Part shown: piece after piece, positions 13,085 through 25,800 of the stretch
How positions within the stretch are numbered: the first letter of the stretch is position 1
How the letters are laid out: every line of letters starts with the position of its first letter
Source: Tubulanus polymorphus
Taxonomy: Eukaryota; Animalia; Nemertea
DNA: 64,000 nucleotides
NCBI RefSeq assembly: GCF_964204645.1
Contig: NC_134027.1
Coordinates: 17,508,560-17,572,559, forward strand
Direction of reading: 5' to 3'
Position numbers and translations under genes: made by a program
Notes under the pieces: generated by a model
The model's input: the letters and a program-made list of their open reading frames with translations, nothing else
The model's database searches: none
What the model was told of the DNA's origin: nothing

Positions 13085-13475
13085 TGTTGCAGACTGAGAC
13101 AACATGAAAAGATAAATGCTGCGGCGTAATTTCAAACTGGTGTTTATTACCGTTTTCTACAATACAAATTAACATTTCTCATTATATTAATATGTCATAA
13201 ATGCAATAACTGAATTACAGAATTAATGTACTTGTATATATGTACTTACAAATCGTACGCCTATTCGCCAACATGACATTCGGTGAGTAACATACAGAGT
13301 ATTACTACTGGTTACATATCAGTACCTGTTTATATACTAGTCAAACCGTCACACACAGTGAGCGGCTTAGGATAAGCTATTGTGAATACAATATATGCCT
13401 TGATATTACAATAATCCTACATAGAAAACTACAAATTGGAATAACATGATAATACTCTAAATATAAAATCTAACA
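13085..13475 (-). repeat. 5' LTR of the BEL/Pao element
   Basis: Direct repeat of 7019-7409, immediately upstream of the gag ATG. Confidence 0.97.
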
Positions 13476-13820
13476 GGAACTACTATTTAAGTTCGGACGC
13501 ACTGCGCGTGCTGATCAAAATAACCAACAGTTGTGCACTGTGAGCATCTAGCTGTTTTAATGTACTGGTAGTGTGCTTGCCTACAGCGATGTGGGTGACC
13601 TGAATTCGCTTCCTCTGTAATACTGCAGACTAGAGTAATACCCGTGGAAACCACGGGTGATTTCCTTTGGCCCAGAACTTCAAACTGTTCAATTTATTCG
13701 CAGTGGAATTAAGTCGGGCCATTTAAAATCTATGTGTCCATGCCCGTGGAGACCTTATGAGCTTTGATGACCTGTACCCGTGGAGACTGGGTCTATCGGA
13801 GGTAAACAAAATATGTACAG

Positions 13821-13885
13821 TGTAGCGCGGGACTCGAACTTCTGACCCATCAGGTGCCAGTCTTGAACTCTACTAACTGGGCTAT
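13821..13885 (-). repeat. tRNA-derived (SINE-head-like) segment
   Basis: Minus strand reads tagcccagttagtagag (A-box-like) and gttcgagtcc (B box) at tRNA-like spacing; no intact cloverleaf. Confidence 0.45.
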
Positions 13886-14777
13886 TGAAACAGCATAGTG
13901 TTACAGTAGTGTAGAATTGTTTTGTTGCAGTAAGATTCTATTATTAGAATTCCTGCTTACTGATTGGCTGAAATTTAGTCTGCCTCCATTTGGCCCCCCT
14001 ATAAATATTTTCACACCCATTTATACCCGTTGCATTAGTTTATACAATGATTGAATACCACACAAAATTTCAAGGCCCTATTCTTCTCCACGGCGACGCT
14101 ATTTGGTACATAGTTTCGTATTAATATATAGATTACTATTCATTTTAGAGTCCATAATTTATGAGCTGTTTGTTTGAAATATCCAAAGCCTATTTTGTCA
14201 TTTGAAACAAATACGGGGCCCGTAATAAACCCTGAAAACATATCACCACATCTGCTTCAATGTCTTATAACATTGTACAGCAGAAGTCGCAGTAGTTTAG
14301 GGAATATATTCTCACTGATACTGCGTATCTTTTGCTATAGTTTTGCTATCAGTGCACTCTACCGAAATGTCATTCCAATAATTTACTATGATTTAACAAA
14401 AAACATAAAATGTAAATTCAACCAACCATCCAAATCTAGACAAGTCAAATCTTATCATATGCGGAATAACTGTTGTTTCCACACGACGAGCAAAATAATG
14501 AACTCAAACTTAATCACGATAAAAGACATCCAGGACGGGTTCTATGCTTGTTTGTGATATATTCACAAATGATAAATATGTTACTAGTTATAGTTTTGTT
14601 AAGGCTTTATTGAGAAGACTTTTGAATTGGCTATTTTTTCTATGACCTTAGGTATGGAAAATCTATTCTGGATAAAAAAAGGTTTTTGCTGTTGAACAAA
14701 TTGACGTCGTAACAAGCTCTAACAGTAAATTTATTTTTCATCTGCTTATATTTAAAAATTGTACTTTTCTCATTTAG

Positions 14778-14944
14778 ATGTGAATATTTGTTGTTAGATG
14801 ATGGTGGTTATATTAATCAAATTTATGGTTCAAATACTGGTCGTGTATACCGAGGTTTTACGAATCGACTTCATCTACGGTACTGTTTTAGTACTTATGA
14901 CAGCTCTGCTCGGCGAAAATGGAAGATTGTCTTTTCTGTCAAAG
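14778..14944 (+). CDS. Host gene exon A: C-terminal half of a CUB-like domain (CEYLLLDDGGY...NRLHLRY...WKIVFSVK)
   Basis: Acceptor ttttctcatttag, donor G|gtacat, open frame, phase 2 to 1; the end phase fits the next exon. Confidence 0.7.
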
Positions 14945-16067
14945 GTACATCCAATAAATACATTTCCTCCAATAGAAAGTCAAATAGTAAATAGAAAGTA
15001 TGTTATCATGAAATTATGAAATAGATTTTTTGTTCTGTTCTCTGAAAAATGCTAACCCTCTTTAGCCCAATTGAAGCCCTCATTATAATGTTGTCTTTCT
15101 GGCCATCGTCCATCTGTGTGTCTGTCTGTAGACGGAATCCAGTTATTTTGGAAGTTTTAATGTAATGTTTTGATATTTAGTTCACTCACATATATCTTCC
15201 CTAGCCACATCTTCAGCCCAAAAACTGGCCCTGTCAGAATCAAGATGGCTGAGTCACAGCCATTGTTGTTCGCAAAAATCAGCACTTTTTACACATTTTT
15301 ATGGACTTTCGCTTTAGCGAAGTCCATTTTGCTATCGCGCACATGAAACTTTCTACCTTTGGTACAAAATAACTTCCGAACAAAGCTTAGTTGCTCATCA
15401 AAACTTTCAAAACTTTCAATGCAGTAATAAAATCTCTGACCATATTGAATTTCAACGGAATGCATTGCTTATTAATTAATCCAGTTATGTATCTGTTGTT
15501 TGAACTACATTTCGAAACGGAAGAACACATGCACTGTCATCACATATATTCATGCTTCACATACATGCGTGTAACACAGACTTGCTGAGGTGTATTGATC
15601 TGTGCATGTATAGGGCCTATGAAAAGCACACCTCGTGTGTGGCCTAGTTAAAATTTTCTTGGAAACTTCAAATTATTCCACTGCTAGGGTTCGTCGCGGG
15701 CTGTGAAAGTAGCAGTGATTTGAAAAAATGATTCACTGCCATTAAAAGCAGAAAATTTTATAGAAGGACAGTGAATTTATGAAAGGGGGCAGTGAATCTT
15801 GGAAGTTTTTCAATTTACAAAATTAGATTGTCTTACAAACTTCACACAATGAAGCCTACGTAATAAATAAAATCGTTCAGCATCCAGGTTCACACCATGC
15901 ATGTGAAGAGTGTCTATTTGAGTCATTGGGGAAAACCCACTACTGTGTATATTCATGATGAAACATCATGCAGTTGTATGTGAATACTACGTGTAAAGGG
16001 CTCCATGTCAATAGAAAAGGGCATTTCCTAAAAAGTTGCTACAGTTGGCAGTGAATTCATTTTCGCT

Positions 16068-16445
16068 TGCTTGTTTCCACTTACTGAATATTGCCTTTCA
16101 TGTTCCTTCTCTTTTTAATCATCTGATTATCCCCTAGTTTGTGCTCACTTTTTAATCAATTTAGTTTGTGCCTTTTGTTTTTTAAACTACTTGAATCAGT
16201 ATTGCCCCCAGTTTGCTATTGCTTACTTTACTATCGTTTTCCAGCCGTTTCAACTTCTTAATCACTCTGCTCTTTTGTTTTGTTCTTCTATAAATATCTC
16301 GTAATATTCATCTGTTTTCTGTACGCCTGATGATGGCTAATAGTCTTTAGCTTTTCTATTCAAGTTTCTCATTTTGGCTGTATTTATTGTGGGATTTCTC
16401 GCATTTATTCATCAAACACGGGTATTTTGTTTTCTTCTCGACTCA
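16068..16445 (+). repeat. Old solo pseudo-LTR of the Penelope family at 41010-44314
   Basis: Diverged match to about 43884-44315, including gtacgcctgatgatggctaatagtctttagc with the GAAA part deleted. Confidence 0.8.
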
Positions 16446-16760
16446 CAACATTACCATCTTAAAGAATGAATGGCAGCTTATTGGAATACTGCCAGTTTTC
16501 TGGAAAATTTAAAGTAGGCCATAGTCGAAGCATGTTTTCACACGATGTACACTTGAATTTAAACATACATAGCTCATTCGGTTAGTCGGCCGTTTTTATT
16601 AGAAATATAATTTATTGTAATGAATCCCAGAAAAAAGTTTTCACTCATTACCTTTGAGGTCGGGTCAGTCGGGTTATAGCAAACATTATTTTTGGATGGC
16701 CTTATGATCGCTTAAACTCTAGAGTCTATTTACTGACATTTACTTTCTATACTGGATTAA

Positions 16761-17334
16761 CCCTTTTACCGGCAATCGGTCGGGAGCGACGGATTTGAGT
16801 AGACCAGCTATAGTGAATAGAACAGTCAAGTATTGATTGCAGTGAAGCACTCTAACTCATTTTCCCGTGAGTAGATGGCGACACCAGAAGCCTACAGCTT
16901 CTAACAAAGCAGGAAAGTGATATATCATACATTTTGCATTTAGTAAGGGGTATAGAAACCACGTGTCACGTGAGTCAGATTTCCGAATTTTAGAAGATCG
17001 TTAGTAGTAATGGCCAATGCACTAAAGACGTTCCCTAGTAAGTTGGGCTGATATTTTGGACGTAGTAATGAAAGATTCTGATAATAATTCATATTGGGAT
17101 GAATCTGATGACAGTGATTATGGATGGCCTGAAAATCTGGATGACCTTAGGTTCCTGACCTTGGGGTCAGACCCTGAAGGTATCCCCCAAAGATCGCAAA
17201 CTTGGTATCATTCAAAAAGCTTGTGAAAAGGGCATTCATAGAATACATACAATACATACAATATCCCTCATATCTACTGAATTATTATGTTTCCCCCTTG
17301 CAAGGTCTAAATCAGTTACTTGCCGGTTTAAGGG
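16761..17334 (+). mobile_element. piggyBac-like non-autonomous element P1 (copy 1)
   Basis: TTAA-cccttttaccggcaa ... ttgccggtttaaggg-tTTAA; internal acidic remnant (DILDVVMKDSD...WDESDDSD); second copy at 21690-22282. Confidence 0.85.
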
Positions 17335-17377
17335 TTTAACATACACCATCATGTAAATTTAGGAAAGTCCATATTAA

Positions 17378-17658
17378 CACTCTTGCTGCTGTGAGTTATT
17401 GATTAATGCATTCCGCGGGTGCGGTGATTTTTTCCCATCATTTCTATTTTGGCTTAAATTTCGGGTTAGTTCATCCAGCGAGGCCCCACCGCACAGTACT
17501 CAACTGACGAAGGACTTTTGTCAACCGCACTGAACGATCGGCTTCAAAAAATGAAAGATGCTCGTCAACCGCTGCGAGCGCTCAGCGTGGTGCTAAAAAC
17601 CCGCACGGCGCGGGAGATTCAAATAAACGAACAGGGTTCGTCAACCGCAGCAAGAGTG
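17378..17658. mobile_element. MITE with 12-bp TIRs at a TTAA-like site
   Basis: ttaa-cactcttgctgc ... gcagcaagagtg-taa. Confidence 0.7.
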
Positions 17659-18161
17659 TAAGAATTTTGTGTCTTGTTGAAGTTTTCGAGGGGAATTTTG
17701 GAATACTTCGATCAATTACCTTGATCTTTCGTACGTATTTGATTCCCCCAAGGGCCCATCAGTATAAGAAAAATTGGGTCGATCAGACTCAAAATGGCTG
17801 TCCTGTGACCTTTTTCGTGCCCAAAAATGACAATTTTGGCCTGAGTTCTTTTGGCAAAGTTCGCATGCGTGCGATGCCTCATGCTATCAGCTAAAATATC
17901 AGTCACATGCATGATCATTTCACGAGTATATCTGTAATGATGCAAGTGTTCAATATTACCAAATATATCTAGCGGGTCTGTCATATCCCTGAAAGTACCA
18001 TTTAGTAATGAACTGATGTTAGCTGCCTGTTTAGTAAGCAACTAAGCTTACTAAGGTTTTATGAATGTGGCTGCTGATTTTTCTGAGGCTGCTGTGTAGA
18101 ACATACTTGTAATAGTTGAATACTAATGTCATGTTACTGTCACTGCAGTTTTTATTTTCAG

Positions 18162-18346
18162 AGAAAGAGAAAAGTTTTCAATCAGATTTCACATCACAAG
18201 CGATAGAATCTCCTCAGTATCCAAGGACTTACAGGATTAAACGTTCTGGAAATCTTGCATATAATTATTTCATTAAACAACAGAACAATTTTCCAATATT
18301 GATGAGCTTTGATGATTTGGATTTTTATTCCAAAGCTAATATAACA
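18162..18346 (+). CDS. Host gene exon B: N-terminal half of a CUB-like domain (AIESPQYPRTY...ILMSFDDLDF)
   Basis: Acceptor tttattttcag, donor ACA|gtgagt, phase 1 to 0; IxSPxYPxxY and IxxxFxDxD are CUB signatures. Confidence 0.85.
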
Positions 18347-18540
18347 GTGAGTGCTATATAACTTAATCGTCACTTTTTATAGTCTCTGAGTTCTTTTAAC
18401 AGTATCAATATAATATATTGAGAATTGTTTTTTGATTCATTCCCAGTCTTAAGTGATTTGGTGGACTACAAAATGTGAAATCTTTTGACTTGAAATCAAT
18501 GTTTTTATGTCTCATGAGAATGGGCTCTTCTTTTTTGCAG

Positions 18541-18721
18541 ATATCATACCGAGACAGATCACAGCTGACTAAGAATAGACTATTATATAAAGGTTCAAGT
18601 GATCGTGTATTTATAGCTTACTCAGATATATCAATGAGATTTACAGCTACACCAGATGTAAAATCATCGTATGGAGATGTTGATCATATTGCATGGAAAT
18701 TAACTTTTCATGCGTTACAAG
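18541..18721 (+). CDS. Host gene exon C: C-terminal half of a CUB-like domain (...ISMRFTAT...WKLTFHALQ)
   Basis: Acceptor cttttttttgcag, donor CAAG|gtatgg, phase 0 to 1, in frame with exon B across a 194-nt intron. Confidence 0.8.
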
Positions 18722-18742
18722 GTATGGTTTAATGGGAGTCTA

Positions 18743-19030
18743 CAAGGAAAAGTCTTGAGGTTAAGTTCAGGTGGTGTGCTTTTAGTTTGGCAAAATGTTT
18801 TTTGGTAACTTTAGGACATTTATAGTGATTTCTAGCCTTTGGAGTGAGGTTTTATTTTATCCAACGTAACATAAATCAGTTTGCTGCAAGGAAAAGTCTT
18901 GAGGTTAAGTTCAGGTGGTGTGCTTTTAGTTTGGCAAAATGTTTTTTGGTAACTTTAGGACATTTATAGTGATTTCTAGCCTTTGGAGTGAGGTTTTATT
19001 TTATCCATCGAACATAAATCAGTTTGTTGG
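18743..19030. repeat. Near-perfect 144-bp tandem duplication
   Basis: caaggaaaagtcttgagg starts at 18743 and again at 18887. Confidence 0.92.
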
Positions 19031-20399
19031 GGGTAATCGATTCAAGATCATTTGTCAGGGATCCCAATCTTACGCCTATAATCGGAATTCCGGCTTTTCT
19101 AAGATTTTTATGGTCTCTGAAATCGATAAAGTTTTGATGTTGAAAGAAAGGGGGTAGGGGGTAATGGTCGGTTATGACACTTGTGGTGAGTTCCGTTATA
19201 ATCGACTTGCCGTGGCTAGCCTGAGCCTGCATCTAGAAAATTGATACTGTACCGCGTACTGCTACTACAGTATTGTAGGCAGCCACGTGCTGACACGAAT
19301 AAGAAAATAGCGGAACGATGTGGTTTAAACGATAGCATTCATACATGCCCCGCAGACTAGTGAGCAGCGTCTATACATAACTGCGTGCACGTGGTCTATT
19401 GATTAGCGCACAGCAGTAATCATCAGACTAACGTGCGCGTGATGCATGCATATCGTCAATAAAAAACTATTCAATAAATCAATACCAACGGATCCAAAAT
19501 GTCGACTGCCTATAAATGTAATTTTTTATGAATGATTTTTTTGGTAAGTACTGTTGGGATCCCTGTTTGTTTCTTCATTATTGTTTGTTATTGGTCGGTT
19601 GTTGACGTCACACTGTGTTTCCCTCCGGGTGTTGTTGGCGGAGGGTAGCTACTCATCTTAGAATCGCCACTTGAAATGTTATTCTATATTTGTATTCTAT
19701 ATTGTAACTTCAAATTGTAACTATTTGTCTGAAAGGGTGACGGAAAAATCGTCAACTGCATCATTGGGAATAATCTTCTTCAAGTCCAACCATAAATCAG
19801 TTTGTTAGGGGATATCAGTTCAAGATCATGTATGTCTGTGATGTTTGTCGATGTTTGTCACTTCTGTTATGTTGACTTCACATTTTAGTGAACATCACCC
19901 TTACTGGCTTTAGCAGGAGGTTAGATAGATTTGAGTTTAGCGTATAATTTCTGAGCTTAAAAGTCTCATGCAATACTTAATAAATGTTTGTTTCAGTTCT
20001 ACACTTGATAAGAACTGATCATCCTATACGTTCTGCAACAGTGAATCAAATTTAAGATTTTGCTTAAGTTAGTCTATGTGGAACTCCTTGTGGATTCTCA
20101 TATTCGGAAAATTGATCATCTGTAATATCTGCATTTCTGTAATGCATATGGACTGTAAATGCAGTTTCACCTATTCGCAAAAAGTGTTGCTGGGCATTTA
20201 TTAAATGAAACAGACGCTACATAAATTTACAGATAATTGTTATTGTCATTATCATCACTATTAATATCATTATTATTATTATTAGTATCAATATAACATT
20301 ATGACAAGCACACTGTCTGTACCCTGCGAAGCTCATTTTGTTCAGATTGAATTATTGAAAAATTTGTAATGAACTAAATTTTTAATGACTTTTTTATAG

Positions 20400-20429
20400 A
20401 AAATCAAGTCCCAAAAAGTATTGTATCTG
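20400..20429 (+). CDS. Host gene 30-nt micro-exon D (ENQVPKSIVS linker)
   Basis: Acceptor ttttttatag, donor TCTG|gtcagt, symmetric phase 1-1, 83-nt intron to exon E. Confidence 0.55.
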
Positions 20430-20512
20430 GTCAGTATCAATATACTTTAGCTGAATATTTGACTGATATGATCTATTAAGTATTAAAAAATGCATCCTAC
20501 ATACATTTACAG

Positions 20513-20665
20513 AGAGAATAAAAGTAACGTCTTCATCTATGAATCATGTGACGTACGAACATACAAGTACAGAAGAAGTATATTTTGATATTTTATGGAA
20601 AATATATCTGACATCATTCTCTAGTATTGAAAAGACTTATTTGAAGATTCAGAAGTTTGTGTCTG
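20513..20665 (+). CDS. Host gene exon E: divergent CUB-like N-terminal half (YFDILWKIYLT...TYLKIQKF)
   Basis: Acceptor catttacag, donor TCTG|gtaagt, 153 nt open, phase 1-1. Confidence 0.7.
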
Positions 20666-21681
20666 GTAAGTATAACTGTACATTCCACCTTGATTGATTT
20701 GTCCCCAGTTCAACCATATAAGGGGTATCATATAAGTCCTTAAACCGTATGTATAAATTGATTGCCTACCAATTTTCAGCCAAATTGGCACATTTTAATT
20801 TTCCCGCAAATGGCAGCAAGTCTACTAAATACTGCTATTTACTAGCTACTGATAGTAAGTTGCTAACTGATAGGCCTCAATACTTTGGTCCTAAAAAAGT
20901 GATTGTTTTGGAATTTTGATGACTTTTTGAGGTATAAGCCAAAAATAGCATCAGGAAAATCTGCAGCATTGAATTTTAGAAGATTCATTGTTGTTTTTCA
21001 TCTGCGGACACATGTTTCAGTATTCAACATTAGTGATGAAGCATCTGGTTAGACTCTGGAGGTTAGTATATATCTATAGCACCCTAGTAGGTGTATGGTC
21101 TATATATTCTACACCTAACATCCTCAGTAGACAGAATCCGGTAACTTCGGGATTTTTTGAAGAAGCTTCAATGGAATTTGATATGACTTAAATACATGGA
21201 TCTATCCTACACAACTGCAGCCCATCTCAAAATCAAAGAAACACATTCCAGTTCCTAGCCATTAAGTACATGCATTTCATTCACAAAATTTGCAAATTCT
21301 CAAAAATTTCAAATATCTTATCCGTCTCTAAACAGCAGCATTTATCACTAACACCTGAACAAAGCTGCATAATGCTCTAACGGTAAAAATTGTGAAAATT
21401 ACAACTAAAAAACTCAATTATCAGTTAAACAATTAAAAAAGGTAGGAATCGTGTGTTGTTACAATAACAAATATTACCCTTCCAAGAATACCACGTACAA
21501 ATTTTCAAATATCAATGAAACTAGGTACAGAAAAATGATAGAAAGGTACAATACACTGGTTTGTATCATTGCTAGGCCAGGATTTTACGCCAGTCCAATT
21601 GGTGAATTCATATGACCTATTGTAACCAAACCTTCGACCATACAATTTTTTGTATGGACAAAAGAATGAACCTGGCTTTAA

Positions 21682-22888
21682 CCCTTAAACCCTTTAACTG
21701 GCAATCGGTTGCTAGCGGCCGATTTCAATAGACCAGCCATAGTGATTAGGGTAGTCAAGTATTGATTTCAGTGAAGCATTCTAAGTCATTTTCTTGTAAG
21801 CAGATGGCGACACCAGATGGCGTACAAAGTCTAACAAAGCAAGAAAGTGATATATCATACATTTGGCATGTATAAGGGGGTATAGAGACCACGTGTCACG
21901 TGGGTCAGATTTCCGAAGTTGAGAAGATTGTTAGTAGTAATGGCCAATGCACTAAAGATATTCTCTAGTGAGTTTGGCTGATATTGTAGACATAGTAATG
22001 AAAGATTCTGATGATAATTCGTATTGGGATGAATCAGATGACAGTGCTTGATTATGGATGACCTGAAAATCTCGATGACCTTGGGATCTGTGACCTTGGG
22101 GTCAGACCCTGAAGGTAACCCCCAAAATTCGCAAACTTGGTAACATTCGAAAGCTTATGAAAAGAGCTTTCATAAAATACATACAATATGTGATTACCCC
22201 TCATATCTACTGAGTTACTCAGTTTTCCCCATGCAAGGCCCAAAATCACTCACAGGCCGAAAAATACTTGCCGGTTGAAGGGTTAACTTGCTGCAGTCGA
22301 CTGTAGTCGACGCACTGTAGAACTGCTATAGATGACTGTAGTCGACAGCCGTCTTATCTCGCATTTAAAGTTTGTTTTTATGTCACAAGCGCCTCACAGC
22401 GCGTTGAGCCATAGTTCTTAACTCACGGCAACTGCCAATATTGAGAATCCAAACATGGAAGTAATTTCTCATTTTTGTATTTTGAAGGATTTTTACCTCA
22501 AAAACGTCCCGTAAATTTTATATTTTGGGATTTTTGTGAAGATTCAAACATTTAGACTGTAATAAGAAACATAATAAAGGTCTTAACGATGGATATTGTA
22601 ATCTACGTTGTCTTTATTTATTAATATCGACAATGTAACACAATTGTGAGTATTCTGACTTTCTAGGGGGTCTTTTTGTGTTGGACACCCAAAAATGACC
22701 CCACCCAGTGGACCCCCCTCTCAAAAATTGGAAGTTTAATCTTCCCGCACTAATCCGTGGGTGACTATAAACTACAACTTTGTGAAATTTCAATACCAGT
22801 TATGAAAATTTGATGAGTAAATTTCATAAACATGCAAATCATCTGGCACACACAGGACTTACCATTAAAGCTGCCGGCAGGTTAAGGG
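21682..22888 (-). mobile_element. piggyBac-like MITE P2 with P1 inserted in its TIR
   Basis: cccttaa[P1]cttgc ... gccggcaggttaaggg; reverse complement of the intact copy at 48850-49475. Confidence 0.85.
21690..22282 (+). mobile_element. piggyBac-like element P1 (copy 2)
   Basis: ccctttaactggcaa ... ttgccggttgaaggg-TTAA; colinear with 16761-17334. Confidence 0.85.
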
Positions 22889-25800
22889 TTAGTGTGTCTA
22901 TTCTTTCACTCAATACCATCGAGATCACAGAATGATAAAACACGTTCATTTTCTGATAACTAGTTCTAGTCACTTTTGTGCTCTGCCAACTCATGAAATA
23001 GAGTTATTACCCTTGGTTGTATGTTGTTGTCTGGTTGAATCTTCTGAATGTAGCACTGGACGAACTCAAATTTTTGGCTCGGTCTGGCCGATCAATCATC
23101 ATTTGTTTGCTTAATACACTACGCTCAAATCTATTTTTAGCACACTCAAACGCAATTTCATTTGCCTGTAATTTCACCACTAATGGGTGATTTTAACAGA
23201 TTATAAGCAAAAATATATTTCGTAATTGGTTCTTCTTTATGGTGCGCAAAGTTGAAAGCCAGGTTTCATATTTGTTGAGAAATTTACCAAAAAGTTTCAA
23301 AAGTTCGAAATATTTGAGCACGTTTTTTACGCAGCATCTTTAACTTCCTGAATTAGACATGTGAAAATTCAATGCTATTTGTATCCGAAGAACTTTATAT
23401 CGCCAAGACCTAAGGCTTTGTTCGGTAGTTATGGGCTTTCAAAGAAGAAACCCCTCAAAATCTTGGTTATATAAAATTGGTGTTGACCCGGTTTTGACTT
23501 CCATCATGACATCATAACATTGAATGAGGTGGATCAGCTGGTGCGCGTTACTTCACAAACAAAATGGCGGCACAATTGAATCCGTTGATATCCATCATTT
23601 CTAGCACGAATACTGATACTCAAGGCATATGACATAACGATTTATTGTGTGCGATGTGTTCAATGATTCATCTAGTTATGTTCGAAGACCATATAGGGAT
23701 CATCCCTAGTAAAAATTCTGCTGTTCACCGAACAACACCCGTAGCATCTCTACTGCCATGGATATAGTCCCATAATGCTGTAACTATATAGAACTGATAA
23801 TCCGATTAAAAGTTGTCTGTAACACGTCATTTGCCTATATCCATGATCCTTGTACCTAAGGTCCCAAAATCGTGATGAATTATGGAAAGTTTTGAGGCGC
23901 ATGAAGGGCTCACCATATCAATGAATTGTCTATATCGGTTTTACTCAGCAATGAAATGTTATCCCCATCACTAGTGCTCGCATACTAATACATTTGTAAG
24001 TAGTTCAAAGATGCTGCGCAGTTCGTGGTTTACACTGACAGGGAGAGTATCCATAGGGTGGTCTCTGCTCTGTTCGTCAGTCACTAGCCCGGATTTTATT
24101 TCTTGAAAGAATTGTGAGTGAGGGATTTTCTTCATGCAATCACGCAAGGTATCACATATCACGCATACTATGCCATTCAATGCTGCGCTGTATTCTCGGG
24201 GATTACCCTGATGAGTTAGTACATGTAGCAGACTAGAGACAGCAGTGCTGTATACACACGGCGATGCAAGCAGCTGCATCCCACCTCATATAAACCAGTG
24301 TCGACTCAGATTGACGAAAAATGAAATGTTCGGCGCGCGGTGGTAGAAAAAAGATATAATGAGATACGCAGGGTTTCCGTGATCGTGAAAAAAATGTCCG
24401 TTCTTTTAATTGGGGAAAATTGTACAACCGTATCTATGCTAAGTCGAGCACATCAGGCGTCAAGCCCAAAGGGGGAAGTTTTGAGGATTTTTAAACCATT
24501 TTAAGAGTAACATATTCTTATGTTATCATATGGTCTTTGCCTGATTAAAACTACCACTAGTAGTAGTGCCTGTCAAATGGTCTTCATTCATTTGAAGCAT
24601 CACGGACACAGAGCTCAGTTTCATTGGTTAACATGTGGACTATACCATTATGGAAAATAGGGTGGGTAGAATGTCTGGGACGATTACACAATATTTTTTA
24701 GGGAAGGTAGATCCACGCTTTATATTATTGAAAAAGATCGTTATATTGAAATAAACTAAAATAAGAACACTATGATGTCTTTGGAGTAGAAATAATCAGT
24801 GTATTTTCACAATTCCTCAGAAATTTTTCATGATTTGGGTAATAGGACCACTTTTGTCCGGGGGAAAATGTCCATAACGGTTAAAAGAAACCCTGGAAAC
24901 GTGAATTTATTTTCACTAATAAAATTCATTTCTCCTCATGCACTGTCTTCGACCATATGGATCTTATGGTCCTCTTGTTTTGGTATCCCGTACATAAGGT
25001 AACGTTGCATCGAGATATCTGACATAAATGTGGTTTCAAAATGCGGAAATTTACTGATGATAGCATCAAATTTTTATAGAGATGAGTCTGATATTTACAT
25101 GACTGGAATGCTTGTTTCATCATCATCAATTGAAGTCATTTTATTGGCGTTCGCATTAGCGATACGTTTTGGAGCCTGATTATTTGTATTAGTTTGTTAA
25201 CTGTGGCGCAGCGATGAGCATTTGCGTTGAAAACAGTCGTGTACTGTCGCATCGCCGTATACTCTCGTGTTGACTGAGTGCATGTATCAGTTAACAAGAT
25301 AACTCGCTACGGTGTATATCGTATGTGATGACTAATTTACTTAAAGCAATCCTTTCGTGAAATTGTTAAAAACCATATCAGTCGCTAAATTTTGTTTTGT
25401 CAGTAACCGGCACTGGTTTCATATTTGAAGAACTTTTGAGCTTCTTTCCTGATTGGTCCATATCGTAATGAAAAACCTCCGATGAAACCCAGGTTCTCAC
25501 TAAGTTTGTACCGTATCTTAACAGGTCACTCATAGTTTTAGTTGTTTTACGTCATTCAAGGGATGTATTTAAGTTATGAACATTTATTCTGACAAAAGGC
25601 CCATAATCAATTTTTCAAAGATTTCATTCTCGTTAAAAGTCAGTTATCGTTCACACTGACCAAAATTGAGTCGTTTTAAATATATCTTTTTCTTGTTTAA
25701 TTTTCAATGAAATGAATTTTTAAGGTATCTGAAAGCTTGTCAATGTGATCACTAACTATTACACCATCAACAACTACGTAAAAGGATCTACTGTTTGAAT

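Larger units (their letters stand above)
7019..13475 (-). mobile_element. Full-length BEL/Pao LTR retrotransposon
   Basis: 391-bp TG...CA LTRs at 7019-7409 and 13085-13475 with about 6 mismatches by eye; 5-bp TSD ggaac at 7014-7018 and 13476-13480; PPT-like aagggggcgc on the minus strand at 7410-7419; domain order gag-PR-RT-RH-IN. Confidence 0.97.
15301..17676 (+). mobile_element. Helentron-associated element H3 inserted in a T-run of H1
   Basis: 5' atggactt...aagtccat hairpin followed by tgctatc; 3' aagtccat...tcttg then tt; no TSD. Confidence 0.7.
15061..17845 (+). mobile_element. Family H1 copy split into 15061-15300 and 17679-17845 by nested insertions
   Basis: cacattttt and gaagtttt rejoin to the contiguous cacatttttgaagttttt seen at about 52491-52508. 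Confidence 0.8.

Noticed and set aside
19998-20068. Candidate extra host exon after tttgtttcag
   Set aside because: There are stops in all frames before a convincing donor.
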